Assembly: GCA_965285935.1 (NCBI GenBank)
Contig: OZ260664.1
Span: forward strand, 90,334,001 to 90,398,000
Length of the DNA stretch: 64,000 nt
Reading direction: 5' to 3'
Origin: Ophelia neglecta
Lineage: Eukaryota
Below, piece by piece: positions 1 through 64,000 of the stretch. How positions within the stretch are numbered: the first letter of the stretch is position 1; every line of letters begins with the position of its first letter. Under the pieces are notes generated by a model that saw only the letters and a list, made by a program, of their open reading frames with translations, was not told the DNA's origin and did not search any database. The translations under genes were made by a program, and so were the position numbers.

Positions 1-675
1 GATATGAGACAAGGAGAGGCCTGGAAGGGTCGAACGAGATCAGGGGTAGCAGACGAAGATAGGCTTTTGGTATCATTCGAGTTCGAAGGGATAGAGGAGT
101 GATATGAAGGAACAGAAAAGATCGAGGGAGAGTACTTACTAGCTCAACTTACAATCATTGTATAAGGAGAATGAGGATACAAATCATCTTACATTTCTCT
201 CGGCTGGGAGATTAGTAGTATAGAACGACCAACATTACATTGTTTATTGTGGTCGGTAAATATAGATTGCTCTGTGTGGGAAGGGACTGAGCTACTACAG
301 GCAGCTGGGAATGGCCGATTTAATTCCATAAGGGCACATTACATTAGGGACGAGTTGAGCTGGACCTTCAAGGAGGATGTTTTCTGCAGGGGGGAGACTA
401 ATTTCCAAGATGCTGGGTCAGGGTGCAGTTAAAGCCACAATGTAGCAATAGGCCGCCTGCCAGACTAACTGGTGGCGAAGCCGACAGACTAGACAGCATA
501 GTAGACTAGGCAAACCAATTTCATCGCATCTCATGCAATCACACGAGACCCACTGTGTTTTCGTACTAGTTCTTTTGGGGTTTTCAGGGGTGAATTTATG
601 AAATTGTGTTTGCATAAGGAAGAGAATGGAATAATCTACCGGACATGCCTAATACGCATGCGCAAAACCGTAAAA

Positions 676-719
676 TGCCCTATGCACCAAGAAGTGATAT
701 TTCTTCAAAATTGCGTGTC
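676..719 (-). promoter_or_regulatory. Putative editing-complementary sequence (ECS) pairing with the Q/R site and 5' splice site of the M2 exon
   Basis: Plus-strand tgccctatgcaccaagaagtgatatttcttcaaaattgcgtgtc is an inverted near-copy of 1296-1340. In the pre-mRNA it gives 34 Watson-Crick plus 6 G-U pairs over 45 nt (hand alignment). Function is inferred. Confidence 0.7.
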
Positions 720-1276
720 GCTAATTGGTCATTCTACTGTGACGTACGCATTTTACGGCCGCGCATGTGTACTAACTCAACTCACATCCTCAGAAGCTTG
801 ATGTCAATAGGATACATAATTTGATCCAAAAGGCCGATAATCTTTGGTCGGTGCAGACAGACATGTGCAGTTTTGGAACCAAAATAGACGTGCATAAACT
901 GCGAGGAAGTAGGATAATGTTTAAAGTTTTTTTTGTGATTTTTTTTCGCCCAGTTTTGACTGTCCATAGGCGAGGAGAGGAGGAAAGATAGTCGAACTGT
1001 GCACCAGAAACTAAGATTAATGAAGGCGCAGAGAAAGGAGATAGACAGCAAAAAAGGCCAAACTGGGTTAAATAAACCTGGCAAACCGAAGCAAACATTA
1101 ATTATATTTTGTTTAGAAAACTGAATGGCTGTTGAAAGGAAATGAAATGTGCTGAGCGGGAGCTACTCATCTACTTTATAATTCATCATGTAACGGGATA
1201 TAGGTCAAGTACTGAGCCCATGCTGGCGACCTCAAATGCGTACAACGTGCTCACGTCACACCACATAACGTCATCA

Positions 1277-62629
<61,353 letters not shown>

Positions 62630-64000
62630 CTGAAAAAATAGAATAATTAATAAACGTTAATTGTAACCAGAGCTACAAATAAAACTCCATTTGAATAAAG
62701 ATTAATTCATAGAACCCTGTTTCTGATGAACAATATAAATGCTTCTTAAAACCGCTCCTGGCGGAGACAAAAATGTGGAATAAATTAAACATGCTCCGAA
62801 AATGGATGACTAATCAAATAGAGCTCTTGAAAAGGACGAAATGGAGACAGAAACAGAACTGAAAGGGAACAATGTGTCTACTATAAAACCATCAGGAAAA
62901 ACAACAACCCATTCTGAGGAGGGCAAGAGAGGGTCAACTAAAACACAGCTACACGGAATTCTAAGAAAAACCAATCAAAAATAACCATGAAAAGAATGAT
63001 TGTTTTAACGTAGTCTTCTGACCAGGTATCCTCTGGACCTATGTCAGGCAACTCCTATTGTTTTCCAATCTGGAAATTAGGCCAAGAAACAGGATGAATA
63101 CTGCCCTTCCTTTTTTGTATATAATTTGCAGCGCCGTTTTTAAATGTGTAAAGATTCCCCTGTTGGAGAACCTTTGCTTACATGTGCTTCATATGAGATA
63201 ACCCATCGCCCCTCCGCCTGTGGTAGTACATGCTTTCCATGCTCACAGACTGCCCTGCCCCCCCCACACACACACCCGCTAACCCCACCCCCACCCCACC
63301 CCCCATAACAAATAAACACACTTGATCCTTATCTGTGGCATTTGTTTGGACTGCTTTCATTTATTTGTCAAATACAAAAATACAAAAGCGAATCATGCTG
63401 TTTTCATCAACACATATTTTTGAATGATTGCAGTTCTAAAGATAGTACGGCATAGCGGCATGTATTTTAAATGCACACCACCAAGCCCATATATATCCCA
63501 TCATTATGTCCTTCCTAGATGTTGTATCAAGTGTATATTCCTTATTATGCTAGTTAGAGAATTATTGCCCTATAGAATTACAAATACAAAACGTAACCTA
63601 TAAACATGTATCGGTGCTCTACATTGAAATTATTACTGTCATAGACCTACAGCATTTGAGAGGTTTTAGCATTAAACCTAAGTGACATCCGATATCACAT
63701 GATGAGTTTTTTTGATTGCCTAGTTGATCCTGATAGGTAATCGTGAGTCTGATGATCATGAACAGAACGCTGCCTTTCAGCGCTCTGTTTAGCATGGTCA
63801 TGTCGTCAGGAACAGATTGGTCTGGGAGATGCGTGGAGGCGAAGCTTGCTCTCTTGGCGATTCCCATTTATCGACTCCACCCCTGTAGCCACCCATCCCC
63901 CTCCTAAGATCCTATGGACCGGGCGGACATGCTAGCTGCCCCCTCCTAGTTGTTCAGGGTCGGGTACCGGCGCGAGCTGATCAGACGCCCCACTGTCGTG

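Noticed and set aside
62630-64000. First (signal-peptide) exon or promoter
   Set aside because: No convincing ATG, hydrophobic segment and phase-1 donor found; probably beyond 64000.

Overview
This is eukaryotic (animal) genomic DNA, probably from an invertebrate bilaterian; the taxon cannot be fixed from sequence alone. The whole 64 kb lies inside one minus-strand gene for an AMPA-type ionotropic glutamate receptor subunit (GRIA/GluA-like). I traced 11 consecutive coding exons by hand (62480-62629, 36086-36334, 10246-10442, 9920-9973, 8820-8984, 5914-6021, 5531-5623, 4791-4898, 3875-3979, 2613-2825, 1305-1660). All have GT-AG boundaries and compatible phases, giving 1798 nt (about 599 aa) covering the amino-terminal domain, the S1 ligand-binding segment, M1 and the M2 pore loop (..[12 protein letters not shown]). 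I found no signal-peptide exon or M3/S2/M4 exons, so these presumably lie outside the window. Two ~26 kb introns hold MITE-like elements and mini/microsatellites. The main discovery candidate is an intronic segment (676-719, extending to ~770) that is complementary in the pre-mRNA to the Q/R-site codon and the adjacent 5' splice site: 40 of 45 nt paired, 6 of them G-U. This looks like an ADAR editing-complementary sequence for pore Q/R recoding in an apparently non-vertebrate AMPA receptor. It sits in a competing-stem architecture, and a second structured region follows the S1 exon.
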